The notes below the pieces were generated by a model. That model saw only the letters and a list, made by a program, of their open reading frames with translations, was not told the DNA's origin and searched no databases. 64,000 nucleotides of DNA from Mobula hypostoma (taxonomy: Eukaryota): NCBI RefSeq assembly GCF_963921235.1, contig NC_086097.1, positions 117,802,001 through 117,866,000 on the forward strand. Reading direction: 5' to 3'. Below, in pieces: positions 50,001-63,691 of this stretch. The position numbers and the translations under genes are program-made. Position 1 is the first letter of the stretch; the number at the start of each line of letters is the position of its first letter.

Positions 50001-50799
50001 TAATTGATGACTTTTATGATTCGGTCTTCTCTCAATTTTGTTCTTCTTCCAGCTTCTCTGAATTAATTGGTATCTCTTCAAGCTAAGGCAGCTTTGGATA
50101 ACTCACATGTTGAGAGAGCGAGAGAGAGAAAGAGCAAGGTGTGAACAGAATAGCAAGATGTCTCTGGTGTGAAATATGAAAGTAGAGTGATGATTTGCCT
50201 CACAGTTCTTGTCAGGTATGAACCAAATGCAGTTTGTCTCTGTTCTGGTGATGTCAGTGACAGGTGAGTCAAAGACTCACAAGAGAAAGGGATTGGTGCA
50301 ACATCCTACTGTGATTGCATGAGTATCATGTGAAGCTGTGGAAGGAAGTGTTTGATGCTGGCAGTGAGGCAAAGTGAAGCAGTTAGTCCTCTTCATGAGA
50401 AAAAAAAAGTGATAACAGGAAATAAACCCAATTACTGCTCTCTTGCTAGGCCTTGAATTCCTTCTGCTGCTATAACAATTGGGTTTCTAGCATTCATGTT
50501 CCCCTGGTAGATGCTTGAGCATGATAGCCTTTTGTCATTTCTTGCCACTTCCCTATTCTATGATGATATCCATGATTACGCTTCAAAATCTGGGACTTCT
50601 GTTCAGGGCTGGTAAAAGGACACCTCATTTTAAGGGATGCAAGATGACTTTAAATTGGTGTCAGACCCACTCAAAACACAGAGCTATCAAGTTAATACTT
50701 CAAATAAAACTTTCCCACTAGGCTGAAGCATGAATTGTTTAGGTCTCTTGTTTGTGCATGTGGCCACTTCACAATATCCAGCCTTTGAATAAGGCACAT

Positions 50800-51665
50800 A
50801 ATCATAGAACCAAAGAAAAGTGCAGCACAGAAACTGTCCTTTCAGCCCATCTAGTCCAGAGCAAACCATTTAAGCTATCTATTCGCATTACCTGCACCAG
50901 GACCATAACACTCCATGCCCTTCCCATCCATGTACCTATCTAAAGTTCTCTTAAAAGTTGAAATCGAGCTCACATTCACCACTTGCGCTGACAGCTCATT
51001 CCACACCCTCACGACTCTCTGAGTGAAGATGTTTCCCCTCATGTTCCCCTTAAACGTTTCACCTTTCACCTTTCATCATCTAAGCCTTTAATTGGTAAAA
51101 TGGTAAGTTGTGTTATTATTACCACAAGTACCAAGATACAGTGAAAAACGTTGTTTTATATGCCAATCACATAGATCATTTCATCATATCAGTGCATTGA
51201 TGTAGTACAAGGGGAAATAATAACAGAAAGCAGAGTATGTGGTAGCTTTCCAATTACAGAGAAAGAGAGGTGCAGGCAGACAATAGGGTGCAAGACAGGA
51301 CAAGGTAGATTGTGAGGTTAAGCATCCTTCTTATCATGCTCGGCGACCATTCAATAGTCTTGTGGAGTAGAAGATGTCCTTGCACCTGGTGTTTGGTGCT
51401 TTTGAGCATTTCTAAAAAATCTGATGTCTGATGGGACTGAGGATGGGATCATTAATTATGTTGGCTGCTTTGCCAGGGGATGGAGAATCATAGATTGAGT
51501 CTATAGAAACTAGGTTGGTTTCAGTGAAGTGCTGAGGTGTGTTCAGAACTCTCCGTGGTTTCTTGATGTCTTGGACTAAGCAATCACCATACCAATCTGT
51601 GTGGTATCCTGGTAGGTTGCTATTTTTACAACATCTATAAAAATTAGTGAGAGGCAAAGCAGGCA
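50800..51665 (-). mobile_element. CR1 3' fragment (50800-51075) and Rex-type 3' fragment (51095-51665)
   Basis: KGETFKGNMRGNIFTQRVVRVWNEL; LTNFYRC..WYGDC..GKAANIINDP. Confidence 0.7.
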
Positions 51666-51719
51666 TTCCACATTTGTTGGCAGGCTGAAATCAGCACGAG
51701 AAGTCATTTGTTGATGATG

Positions 51720-54700
51720 CAGCACGATGTTCAAAAAGAGCTCAGGAACTTTCAACTTCTTGTTGAAGGCTGAAATCATCACGGAGCCAAGAAAAAGTAG
51801 AAGCATATAAGCGGAGCGGCTGCAGTTGGAGTGGGAAATTGTTAAAGTGGTCGAACTTTGGCTATACTGGCTTGAGCAAGAAAACTTGGGCAGGCAAATC
51901 AGAGTTTCTAAGTAAGTAAGTTAGAAAGTTTCAAGTAAGATTTTTTTTTTCTGTTAGTGCTAGTGCACGGAGAAGAGATCCAGAGGTCATAATACGTTCC
52001 TTGTGGGAGATGTGGGAAATTTGGGGGACCTCCAATCTCCCTGACAACTGCATCAAGCTGCAGCTCTTTGGACACTGTGCTAAGGAACTGGAGCTGCAGC
52101 TTAATAGCCCTTGACTCACATGGGAAAATGAGGAGGTGACAGATAGAATCTACAGGGAGGTAGTCACAACTGAACTGCAGGATGCAGATATCTGGGTGAC
52201 AGTCAGGAGAGGGAAAGGGAATATGTATCCAGTGCGGAATACCCCTGTGGCTGTTCTCTCCAATAAGTATACTGCTTTGGATACTGTTGGGGGGTGGGGA
52301 GGGGTCAAGACCTACCAAGGGAAGCTGCAGTCACTAGGTTTCTGGCACTGAGTCTGGCTCTGTGTCTCAGATGGAAAAATAGATAAGAGGAGTTAGAAGT
52401 GATGGGGTCTCATAATTAGAAGAGCAGAAAGCAGATTCTGTGGACATGAAAGAGACACCTGTTGCATCCCAGGTGCCAGGGTGAGAGATGTTTCAGATTG
52501 GTTCCATAGCATTCTAAAGGGTGGTGTGTGAGCAGTTGGAATTCATGGTACATATTGGTACCAATGACATAAGTAGGAAAAGGGAGGAGGTCCTGAAGAG
52601 AGAATATAGGGAGCTAGGCAGAAAGAGGAAACGCAAGACCTCCAGGGTTGTAATCTCTGGACTGCTGCCTATGCCATGTGCCAGGGAGGGTAAGAATAGG
52701 ATGATTTGGCAGATGAATGCATGGCTAAAAAGTTGGTGCAGAGGCAAGGTTTCAGATTACAGGATCATTGTGAATTCTTCTGGGGAAGGTATCACTTATA
52801 CAAAATGATGGGATAGGTTTTTCTTACACTAGAGCTGTGTGGCAGAGTTTACATCAATTTGGCAGGGGTGTGGGAACCAGCAAGATAGGACTAAGGATGG
52901 GGCAATTGGTATACAAGAAGATGCATTATGTTGTGAGATTGTGCGGAAGGGTAGTCAAATGATAGAGCAAAACTGCAGTCATTGTGATGAGATAAAGTGC
53001 AAATAGTGATTTAAGTATGAAGGTAGATTGGGAAAATTTAGTTAGTGCTGGATCCCAAGAGAAGGAATTTGTAGAATGTCTATGGGATGTCTTTTTAGAG
53101 CAGCTTGCAGTTGAGTCCACTAAGGGAACAGCAATTCTGGATTGGGTATTGTGTTATGAACCAAATTTGATTAGGGAGCTTGAGGTAAAGGAGCTCTTAG
53201 GAGCGACAGTAATCATAATATATTTCACCCTGCAATTTGAGAAGAAGCTAAAATTAGATGTGTCAGTACTACTGTAGAATAAAGGGAATTACAGAGACAC
53301 GAGGGGGAGCTGGCCAAAGTTGATTGGAAGAGGACACTATCAGGTTTGACAGCAGAACAGCAATGTATGGAGTTTTTTGGGGCAATTCAGAAGGTGCAGG
53401 ATAGAAAAAAGAGGATGAGATAACCATGGCTGAGAAGGGAAGTCAAAATCAGCATAAAAGCAAAAGAGAGGGTATATAATATTGCAAAAATTAGTGGGAA
53501 AGTAGAGGATTGGCAAGCTTTTAAAAACCAAAAGGCGGCAAATACGAAAGCCATTAAGAGAGAAAAGATGAAATAAGAAGGGAAGCTAGACAATAATATA
53601 AATTGAGTACAATGTTTTTCATATATATAAAGAGTAAAAGGGAGACAAGTGTGGATATCAGATATTGGAAAATAACACTGGAAAGGTAGTAATGGGGACA
53701 ATGATATGGCAGACAATAACCATCTCCAAAATTTAAAAACTGCTAATCATATTTACATGACATTTAGTTGTATTATCACCACTAAATACCCTAACATAAA
53801 TCACTTGGGTGCTACCAAGCAGCCACAAAAATGGAATCAAAAACACTTTCATTTGCCTTTCATCCAGTCAGTTTTTGCAATCTCAGGCCAGAGTGAACAA
53901 AATATATTTGTAATAAGTTTTGTATCAGTTATCACTGTGGAAGACACTCGCAGTATGCCAGAAATTCAGGAGTGTCAGAGGGCAGAAGTGAGTGTAGTTG
54001 CTATTACAGAGGGGAAGGTATTTTGCAGGCTGAAGGGTATGAAGGTAGATAGGTCAGCTCGACCAGACGGACTACACCCCAGGGTTTCGAAAGAGGTAGC
54101 TGAAGAGAATATGGAGGCATTAGTAATGATGTTTCAAGAATCACGATTCTGGAATGGTTTCTGAGGACTGGAAAATTCCAAATATCACTCCACTCTTTAA
54201 GAAGGGAGAGAGGCAGAAGAAAGGGAATTATAGGGCAGTTAGCCTGACTTCAGTAGTTGGAAAAATGTTGGAGTCTATTATTAAGGATCAGGTTTCGGTG
54301 CACTTGCAGGCACATGACAAGATAGGCCAAAGCCAGCATAGTTTTCTAAAGGGGAAATCTTGTGTGGCAAATCTGTTGGAGGAATTCTTTGAGGAATTAG
54401 CAAGGAGGATAGACAAAAGAGAGTTGGTGAATGGTGTTTATTTGGATTTTTGGAAGGCCTTTGACAATGCACTACATATAAGGCTGCTTAACAAAATAAG
54501 AGCCCATTTAAGTACAGGAAAGGTACTAGCATGAATAGAAGATTGGCAGCAGGCAAAGACTCAGAATAAAAGGGTCCTTCTTTGGTTGGCTGCCAGTGAC
54601 TAGTGTTGTGCCGTGGGAGTTTATGTTGGGATCACTTTTTTTCACATTGTATGCAAATAATTTACATTAATAAATTGATAACTGTTTGGCCAAGGTTGTA

Positions 54701-54885
54701 AATGATGCAAAGATAAGTGGAGGGCCATGCAGTGCTGAGGTAGAAGGGTGTCTGCAGAAGGACTTAGACAGATTGGGGGGATCAACAAAGAGGTGGCAGA
54801 TGGATTATAATGTAGGGAAGTTTAGGGTCATGCTCCTTGGCACAATGAATGAAGGAGAGGACTATTTTCTACATGGGTCTTTATG
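51720..54885 (+). mobile_element. CR1 with 5'UTR, ORF1 (esterase) and a partly deleted ORF2
   Basis: NCIKLQL..KELELQL; VHIGTNDI..SRVVISGLLP; AILDWVLCYEP; EDWKIPNITPLFKKG..NYRAVSLTS; YLDFWKAFD. Confidence 0.88.
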
Positions 54886-55759
54886 AAATGATGCAACTTA
54901 ATCATGGCATGAAGCATAATGGTACATTTTCAGATATGGCTGTGGTCAGTGGTAAGAAATGGATACAAAAGTGAGTCAAACTGATGTTCTCTGCCTCCTG
55001 CCTTAGTTGTAAACAACTCCTCCCATCACTCCCTTGCTCTAAGTCCTTAATTAGTCACAGAGATAATACTGGAGTTGATATTTAAGTTTCAAGCCAACTG
55101 ACAGCGTGCCTTCACCCTCAGTCTCTCCCCATTCTTTAATAATTGTCTGACCAAGTTCCACAGATCTAAAAGAAGTTGCAAATGCCAGGTTATCACCTTT
55201 GAGGATAATGGGAGAGAAAGCCAAGGGCTGCATGGGTGCACTATCAGATGCTTGCAAATCAGAAGGATTGTTGGTGAAACAGAAGGCAACTATCAGAAGG
55301 ATCATGTTACCATTTTTTAAGCTTTCAGATCCATCATTGTGGACAGACTTCATTATGTTTCATACCAGATAAGATTGCAACAAATATTATCTATTTTGTC
55401 TGAATAAAAATGCTCAATAACTTGTCTCAAAAATGCTCATAAGTACCCTTGTTGTTTACTTGAATTATCTGCTTGTTTCCCAGCATCTCAGAGAACACAA
55501 AGAAAAGTAGTGAGACCTGGGATTAGATGCACTATGTGATGAAATGATTACATTTAGATCGTGTCTTGGAATTTGGGCTTTGGTTACATTGTGCTTTACT
55601 TTAATACAAAGTCATCTTGATTGGATAGACTACCTTCCAAATATAGAGCTAACTGCATGTGGTTTTGTAGCAACTGTAGTCCAGTTATTGATGCATCCCC
55701 TGTAATCTCTGTGTCCACACTAGTAGCTGTTCACCTGATAGAGGACACCTAATCGTTAA

Positions 55760-57535
55760 AATCAGAATCAGAATCAGGTTTATTATCACTGGCATGTGAT
55801 GTGAAATTTGTTGACTTAGCAGCATCAGTACAATGCAATACATAATATAGAATTAAAAAAAAACAAAATAATAATAATAATAATAAATAAGTAAATCAAT
55901 TACAGCATATGTATATCGAATAGATTAAAAATGTGTGCAAAAACAGAGATACTATATATTAAAAAAAGTGAAGCAGTGTCCAAGGATTCAATGTCCATAT
56001 AGGAATCGGATGGCAGAGGGCAAGAAGCTCTTCCTGAATCACTGAGTGTGTACCTTCAGGCTTCTGTACCTCCTACCTGATGGTAACAAAGAGAAAAGGG
56101 TATGCTCTGGGTGCTGGAGGTTCTTAATAATGGATACGCCTTTCTGAGACACCACCCCTTGAAGACATCCTGGGTGCTTTGTCGGCTAGTACCCAAGATG
56201 GAGCCGACTAAATTTACAATCATCTGCAGCGTCTTTTGGTCCTATGCAGTAACCGCGCCACCCCCCCCCCGCCACACCAGACAGTGATGCAACCTGTCTG
56301 AATGCTCTCCACAGTACATCTGTAGAAGTTTTTGAGTGTATTTGTTGACATACCAAATCTCTTCAAACTCCCAATGAAGTATAGCCACTGTCTTCCCTTC
56401 TTTATAACTGCATTGATAAGCTGGGACCAGGTTAGGTTCTCAGTGATCTTGACACTCAGGAATTTGAAACTGCTCACTCTCTCCACTTCTGATCTCTCTA
56501 TGAAGATTGGTATGTGTTCCTTCATCTTACCCTTCCGGAAGTCCGCAATTAGCTCTTTCGTCTTACTGACATTGAGTGCCAGGGTGTTGTTGCAACACCA
56601 CTCCACTAGTTAGCATATCACTCTCTTGTACGCCCTCTCATCGCCACCTGATATTCTACCAACAATGGTTGTATTTTCAGCAAATTTATAGATGGTATTT
56701 GAGCTATGCCTAGCCACACAGTCATGGGTTTATAGAGAGTAGAGCAGTGGGCTAAGCACACAGCCCTGAGGTTCACTAGTATTAATCGTCAGAGAGGAGG
56801 AGATATTATCAACAATCCACATAGATTGTGATCTTCTGGTTAGGAAGTCAAGGATCCAATTGCAGAGTGAGGTATAGAGGCCCGGGTTCTGCAACTTCTC
56901 AATCAGGGCTGTGGGAATAAATGGTACTAAATGCTGAGCTATAGTTGATGAACAGCATCCTGACATAGGTATTTGCATTGTCCAGGTGGTCTAAAGCTGT
57001 GTGGAGAGCCACTGAGATTGCATCTGCTATTGAACTATTGTGACAATAGGCAAATTGCAATGGGTCCAGGTCCTTGCTGAGGTAGGAGTTCAGTCTAGTC
57101 ATGACCAACTTCTCAAAGCATTTCATCACTGTTGATGTGAGTGCTACCGGGTGATAATCATTAAGGCAGCTCACATTGTTCTTCTTAGGCACTGGTATAA
57201 TTGTTGCCTTTTTGAAGCAAGTGGGAACTTCCCTCCGTAGCAGTGAGAGGTTGAAAATGTCCTTGAATACTCCCGCCAGTTGGTTGGCACAGGTTTTCAG
57301 AGCCTTACCAGGTACTCCATCGGGACCTTCCACCTTGCGAAGGTTCACCCTCTTTAAAGACAGCCTAGCGTCGGCCTCTGAGTCAGAGATCACAGCGTCA
57401 TCAGGTGCAGCAGGGATCCTCACAGCTGTAGTTGTATTCTCCCTTTCAAAACAGGCATAGAAGACATTGAGTTCATCTGGTAGTGAAGTATCGCTGCCAT
57501 TCATGCTGTTGAGTTTCGCTTTGTAGGAAGTAAGG
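55760..57535 (-). mobile_element. Rex1/Babar LINE RT and 3' end
   Basis: [41 protein letters not shown]; (tgattc)n tail at about 55760. Confidence 0.92.
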
Positions 57536-57949
57536 CTCTGAAACATTGCTCTGAACTCATCATCATTGCCTTCTGTCACATTTGGTGTCAGTCACTGTAT
57601 TTGCATCAGTTAACAATGGCAATACTTGGTATCTCTAACGTAGTGAGTGTGCCAGTCTACAGCTGAGCACCTCCTCTCCGCTTGCTACACTTTCTGCGCT
57701 TTAGCCCTAGAGTTGTTGTGTCATTGCAATTAGAATCCTCGTTTATCAATTATAGGTCCCTCCACAAGTACCTTCATTGGAGACGGCCAGAATGCTGGAG
57801 TAGACATTGGAGATTCTGCAGATGCTGGAAATCCAGAGTAACACATATTGTACAAAGTGTTGAAGAAATTTAGCAAGTCTGGCAGCATCTACAGAAAGGA
57901 ATACAGTTTCAATGTTTTGGGCTGAGTCCCTTCATCAGGACTCAAAGCT

Positions 57950-60050
57950 TGAGTAAAGATTTAACAACAATTATGTAACTTTCTCCAGCAGCCTTCTCCA
58001 CAGTATCTGCTACCTTTCTATTCATCTGTGAAAGGTAAGATGATCAAAGAGCTATTTCATTGAGAAACATACAAGGTTGTCTGCTGGAAACTGTCACCAT
58101 TAATCTGTAATCAGCACTTCAGTGATTATGCACTGGGCAAATGATGTGTTGAATAATCAATGAGTGCATAGTTATGAGGAAGTCTATTTCCCCCAAAACT
58201 GATACTAATCCCCATTTAGTTGGAGCAGATATGACCTGACTTTTGCTCAGCTTCTGTGGGACATGATGAGAGTGAAACGTTCTTTTGATTGCTTTTCCAT
58301 AGAAATCTGAGGATTTTACATTTCTACAAATGTTTCCTGTTCTCATCCTTGGCCAGCAGGTACTATCTGTTCCTCTGTCGACATAGCTTGATCTGAAGTG
58401 GAAATGTGTTTGATCATGTTGCTTCATGCTTGTGAAAAATTACCTTTTTGCTTCTGAATATCAGATCACTTTGAGTTGTTAGTTCATCTCTGACAAAAAA
58501 GTATGGTCAATGCACAGACCCAAGGTTGCACTAGATTTCTTTACATACTGTTCAAAAAAAATTGGCCTAGACCATATCATCTTGTCTGGCACCAGCACAA
58601 TCTTACGCATCAGTGACTGAGAGACAGAAAACACAAGAGACTGCAAATGTTAGAATCTGGAGTAAAAACAAACTGCTGGAAAAACTCAAAGGTTTAAGCA
58701 GCAGGGATAGTTGATGATTTAGGTCGAGACCCTGCATCAGGACTGGAATGTATCTTGCCATGTTGACTATTACAGTGCTGAGTATTGCTTCAATGCTCAT
58801 ATCCACATTTCTTGTAATGTTGAATCAGTCCCTTAAGCTAGACTACTCCTTTATCTTTTATGCCTGTATCTTTGAAGCACAGTGTGCAACTTCTTCAGTG
58901 CTGTCAAAGCAATGATCTCAAATAGCTTGTCATCATTGTCCACACAATGCAATTCTCCCATCTGGTGAAATTTCTCCAGTTCAAAGACCACATCAAGCAG
59001 CTGTTTTGAAATTTATGCATAACATGTCTCCATGTCTGTCAGAATTCCAGTTGTACACTCTACTGATTGCTGAGCCAAGACCACATTCACCTGGGCATCA
59101 GGTACTGCTATAGCTGCTTCCTTGCTTTATTTGATCACTGACTCTTGATTGTCCAACGAGCACCATTTAAAGTTCTGTGTTGCTTACATACAACACTCAG
59201 ATGATGTCACAACTTGGTGATGACAATGCCCAGAAATCATCAAACACCTGAAACGTCAGCTAGGTTATCTATATCCTTCACTGTCTTGACTTTTAACCGA
59301 TCTAGTTTCAGATCTTCAAGGGCTCCATGAAGTTGAATTCTAATTATGTCACCAGCTCAGGGCTGCATCTTATTGGGACTTAATGAAGTTTGCTGCCAGT
59401 TTCCTGGCAGACAACATGCTAGACACCCAGATGCAGGTGGGTCTGTTCATTCCTCTTTCTCTGCTTTGTATTTGTATTCTAATATTTTTTCTTTCTCTAT
59501 CTCTCATCAGGAAAAAGATATTGAAGCCTGAAAGCACATATCACCAGGCTCAAGGATAGCTTCTATCCAGATGTCATGGACTACTTAATGGATCTCTTCC
59601 ATTTGGCCTCTGACTTCGCAAACTCCTTACATACAGAATCTGAGCTGCTGGTGTTGTACTAGCATTGCTCTAACGACCACGCTACCATGCCTCCCAACTG
59701 TAACACTATATTCTGCACCCTATTATTGCTTTTCCTTTATACTAACTACCTCAACATACTGATGTGTTGACATGATCCGTATGGATGGTGTACAAAAAGT
59801 TTATCGTTGTATCTCAGTATCTTGTTCAATAATAAAACAATTCAAGTATTTTCATCACAGTCACTGTGAGATGGTTATTGTACACTTGCCTTCCCATATC
59901 TAGTATTAGATGGCATTTCTCTTTTAGTTTTTCTGTTCTGTGAAGGACATTTTCATTTTCCTCTGTGAGCTGTGCCGATAAGATAATTGTGTGCATTAAT
60001 GATTTGTCATGATGTACGCTTATCAGTCTCAGCTGCTGGATGTTGTCTTC
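57950..60050 (-). mobile_element. Ancient Ty3/Gypsy pol remnant (RT, RNase H, integrase), with later insertions
   Basis: EENENVLHRTEKLKEKC (RT end); DVSGV**FLGIV; ILTDMETCYA*ISKQLLDVVFELEKFHQ (RNase H); CWPRM..SHHVP (integrase Zn-binding region). Confidence 0.7.
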
Positions 60051-60768
60051 ATTGTGCACTGTTTGTAGGGATGATTTCACATTGCACACTGTGCATATCA
60101 TTCTGCAGATCTGGGGCATTACTGTTCCAGCAACTAATGTTGCTTTCCACAGTCCATTCAACTTATGCACCATTTTGCTGCCATTCCCTAGTTCTGTCAG
60201 TTGCCTCATGTTTCACCACTTCCTGCTCTCCGGCATTCAACATTTCCAGCCCAGCCTTTGAGCTCATCAGTTTCATGTAGAAGAACTTTGGAGTAAACTG
60301 TTGAGTTCCATATATAATTTAATCTCTGATGAATGAGATCTTCATCACAGCAAATATACAACATGTGTTTATTACAAAGCCATTAAGAACATGATAAAGG
60401 ATTCTTCTGTTCCTGGTTGCATGTACCAGGGCAGTAAGCTCAACACTTTATTTCCAGTAGATTACAATGTGTTTGTAATATATCCTTTCCATTTGCCAGT
60501 ATCTATTAAGGGCATTAATGGATGGAACTAATCTCTATGACTCTGATTAAAAATTTATGATATCATTCTTACTTTTGTCTGGTCTGCTTGTCTGATGTAA
60601 TCTCTCTTTCACTCTTTCTTGCTGCTCCCAGAGGAAGTGGCCCACGTTTGACTGCTTTCTCTCTCTCTCTCTCCCTCTCACTCAATGCTACCAGAGGATG
60701 GTGCTGGAGTTTTGGGTCTTGAGTTTAATCAATGCAGTTTGTGGATTGGACATTAGTTCATGTTATGA

Positions 60769-61572
60769 TGTGAAGCCACTTTTAACCATGTGACTCCAGA
60801 AACATGGCTGGTTAGCCCCTTGTTAATAAGCCAACGGCCTCAGTGGTGAGAAAACCACCTTTCTCGAACACCGTATGTCTAGCGATGATATGACTTGGGT
60901 CCCACCAGTCCGGGACCCCAATCTGTTCAAATACTGTGTAAGTGCTGCCCACGTGCAATTACCCATCGGCAAGTAATAACAGATTGTGCACTGCATACAA
61001 TTATAAAGAAAATATATTTACAAATTTCAGCCTTATCGAACAGATAGTAGGAAAAGAAAAAGAAAAAAAACATAAAAAAGGTCCACTACAGTTAATTCAT
61101 TCTAAATGTGCACGTAAGTTGGAGCTCATCTTGAATTGTCTCTTAATTCATGCGTTAGACACCTGGTCTGTGTGAAAGCAAACATCACAATTTGAATGTC
61201 ACTCGAAATCCATGTTGAACAATGGACTCCCCCATAAGAGTATTGGTTCCTCCTCCTCGAAGCCATTCATCTGCACAAAGCACTTTTGTGCAACAGGAAC
61301 AGCCTCCTCAGCTACCTTCCCTCCTGACTTCTCCCAGCTCCCATCATTAATACCTCAACCCACACCAGTGTCTGTCATAAAAACCCAGTGTTTTCTAGAA
61401 CCTTCTCCCAATTCCACCATTCTGATTAGATGTTATAGCATTCCTAAGTTGAACAACATAGCCCCTTTAACTGTAGCCCAAACATACTAAAAGCAGAACA
61501 GACTGCTCTTACAGAACTGCTAAAATGAAATACCTACAGCATAGCAGAAAAAATCTTAACTGGAGCACTACA
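60769..61572 (-). repeat. 3' LTR of a Gypsy element
   Basis: On minus, begins TGTAGT directly after PPT ggtggaaggagag (61573-61585) and ends ggcttcaCA. Confidence 0.8.
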
Positions 61573-63691
61573 CTCTCCTTCCACCAAAACTAATCATGCC
61601 CTCATGACTTTGAAATGTATCAACCCATCATTAATAACCCAATTTTCAAAAGAATTTTATGATGTCAGGACCTGGTAGTGACATATCTCACTAGGGGTTA
61701 GACACAACATTCTGTTCCCTCGGAGTGTCATAGGCCAGCCTATCTGGGGGTTTCCTGACTCTTTGAGACTTCCTTATCCCATCTTCAGCTCCTCCAGCTC
61801 CAATCACCCCTTGTGATCTTTCCTGTCTATCTCTCATGTCTTCCAGTGGCTTAGGTCCCCCTGCTCATGACGGAATTTAATTTTCTTCAGTTTAAGCAGG
61901 TGCTGCCAAACTTCTTCAACCTCTGTTGGTGCCAGCCAGTGAGACCCCTCTTTGAAAGGGGTGTCCTCAGTTGCTCTAGTAGTGTGGCAAGTACTCCTGG
62001 AGTAAACAAGATCAGACTAGTCAGTAGAAAATGCATCTTCACGTCACAAAATTCTCAGTTAATCTCCTTTGCTATTTCTTGGACATTCTGAGTTCCTGTC
62101 ACTCTAGCTACTCTTCCAGGATGTTACATGAGAGAATTAGACTGGGTGTACCACACAGCTCCTCGTTTCTGTTCATTGTACTGTGTAGGAGGAACTTGCC
62201 ACTTCTGAAAAGCAGCTCTGAACACAGGGTGAATAGACAAGGTTTTCAAAAAGTTCTCTCCATTTCTCTCTCTACTTGCTCCCAGGAGCCTTCTCACAAT
62301 GGCAGTATTTGTTCCCACGAAAATGGAAGCTCCACACTTTTTAACCATACCTGGGCAGACCAATACTGGTGTGTCAATAGTCTCAGCTGCACCAAAATCT
62401 GCTTCTGAAACCTCCAGTTTAAATGACAAGTTACTTTCGCATAAATTAAAATCAGTATTAAGCCCTCAAATCTCAATGGCACTGAGTGGCATCAATGGAA
62501 AATGTGTCAAATATCGGCTGTAAAAGGATCTATAAAATAACTTGAGAACCTGTGTAAGGTATGGCTCTAGCCTTAAACACCTTCAATCTGTATGGATACA
62601 TCAGAGCTTGGTCCCACTAAACCTTCAGGAATAGTGTTTTGTGCTTTAGTATTTCCCTTGATACACTGATAGGAACATATCCTCTCCAAAACATCAAGCC
62701 ATTCTTTACTAGGTCCCTCTGTAGTTTTATCTTTTCTCTGTTTGATTAGCCACTGACTTACTTTCTGAAGATTTTCCTGTCCTTCACACTCCCGCTTGAA
62801 ATGACCATCTTCTCCACCATTGCAACAGAAAATACTAACCATTCCCTGGTCAGGGGACCCCGTTCAGTAGCAGCCCTTGCCTTGGTACCTCTCACCAGTG
62901 GGTCACTCCTCTGATCTTTCATGACGTCCTACAAAGCCCTCGCTTGTGTCGCATCAGGGATCGCTTTCGCAACAAAGGCTACTATCGAGGATTTTGCCCT
63001 GCTGACGGAGGCCTCCTGCTCCTCCATTGCATGTTCCTCCTCTCTAACTTCTCTGAGTAAGTCAGTAAAAGGTGGAGGAGGGCACATCCTGAGGGTCATT
63101 CGAATACGTAGAGCAACCATGTCATGTGACAGTGTGCCCTTCACAACTTGCTCCATCCTCAAGCAATTTCTCTCAGACAGTTGAATTTCCCCCTTTGTGG
63201 CACAAACAGTGCAGCAGCTTCTCCAACATGAAAACGTAGGCAGACAGCTTCCCTCCTTCCTCCTGGAATGTGTTCCCAAACTTCATCCTAAGATCAGCTA
63301 TACTTTAAACCGGCCAAACGCATCTTCCAAAGCTTTCAGGTAATTAGCTAATATGATGAATGGATGTTCTGCTTTGAGGAACCTCACTATGTCAGCCACT
63401 AGCACCATTAAGCTCTCTACCCGTTTCAGTTTTTTTCATATTTAGTAAGCACAACCATTCATCCAGTACCTGAGAAGACCTCTCAGCCCAAGCCTCATCT
63501 TCTTCCTCCACACCGGGTGTGGGCTTGGCATCAGAGAACACACCCAGCTTACTGCAGATCTCCGCAGATATACTTCTGCACTTAACCAGTGATGTAATAG
63601 CCAAAACGAGCTCAGAATTTAAATCAGCTGCTAGAGGACTCAGTAGACCTTTCGCATTAGACAACTCCTTCCCACCTCTTTGCAGAAACAA
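60769..63691 (-). mobile_element. Gypsy LTR retrotransposon with PNMA-like gag and protease, RT/RH/IN deleted
   Basis: GVFSDAKPTPGVEEEDEAWAERSSQVLDEW; PPPFTDLLREVREEE; CCNGGEDGHFKREC knuckle; GLVGP..AIPYTGSQ (decayed DTG); RSQRVRKPPDRLAY-like pol end before the PPT. Confidence 0.85.

Noticed and set aside
59195..59235. Hammerhead-like cagatgatgtcac..ggtgatgac
   Set aside because: Core is incomplete; the opposite strand reads as Gypsy pol (DVSGV**FLGIV).
62929..63691. Domesticated PNMA-like gene
   Set aside because: Frameshifted and embedded in an LTR element with PPT and LTR.
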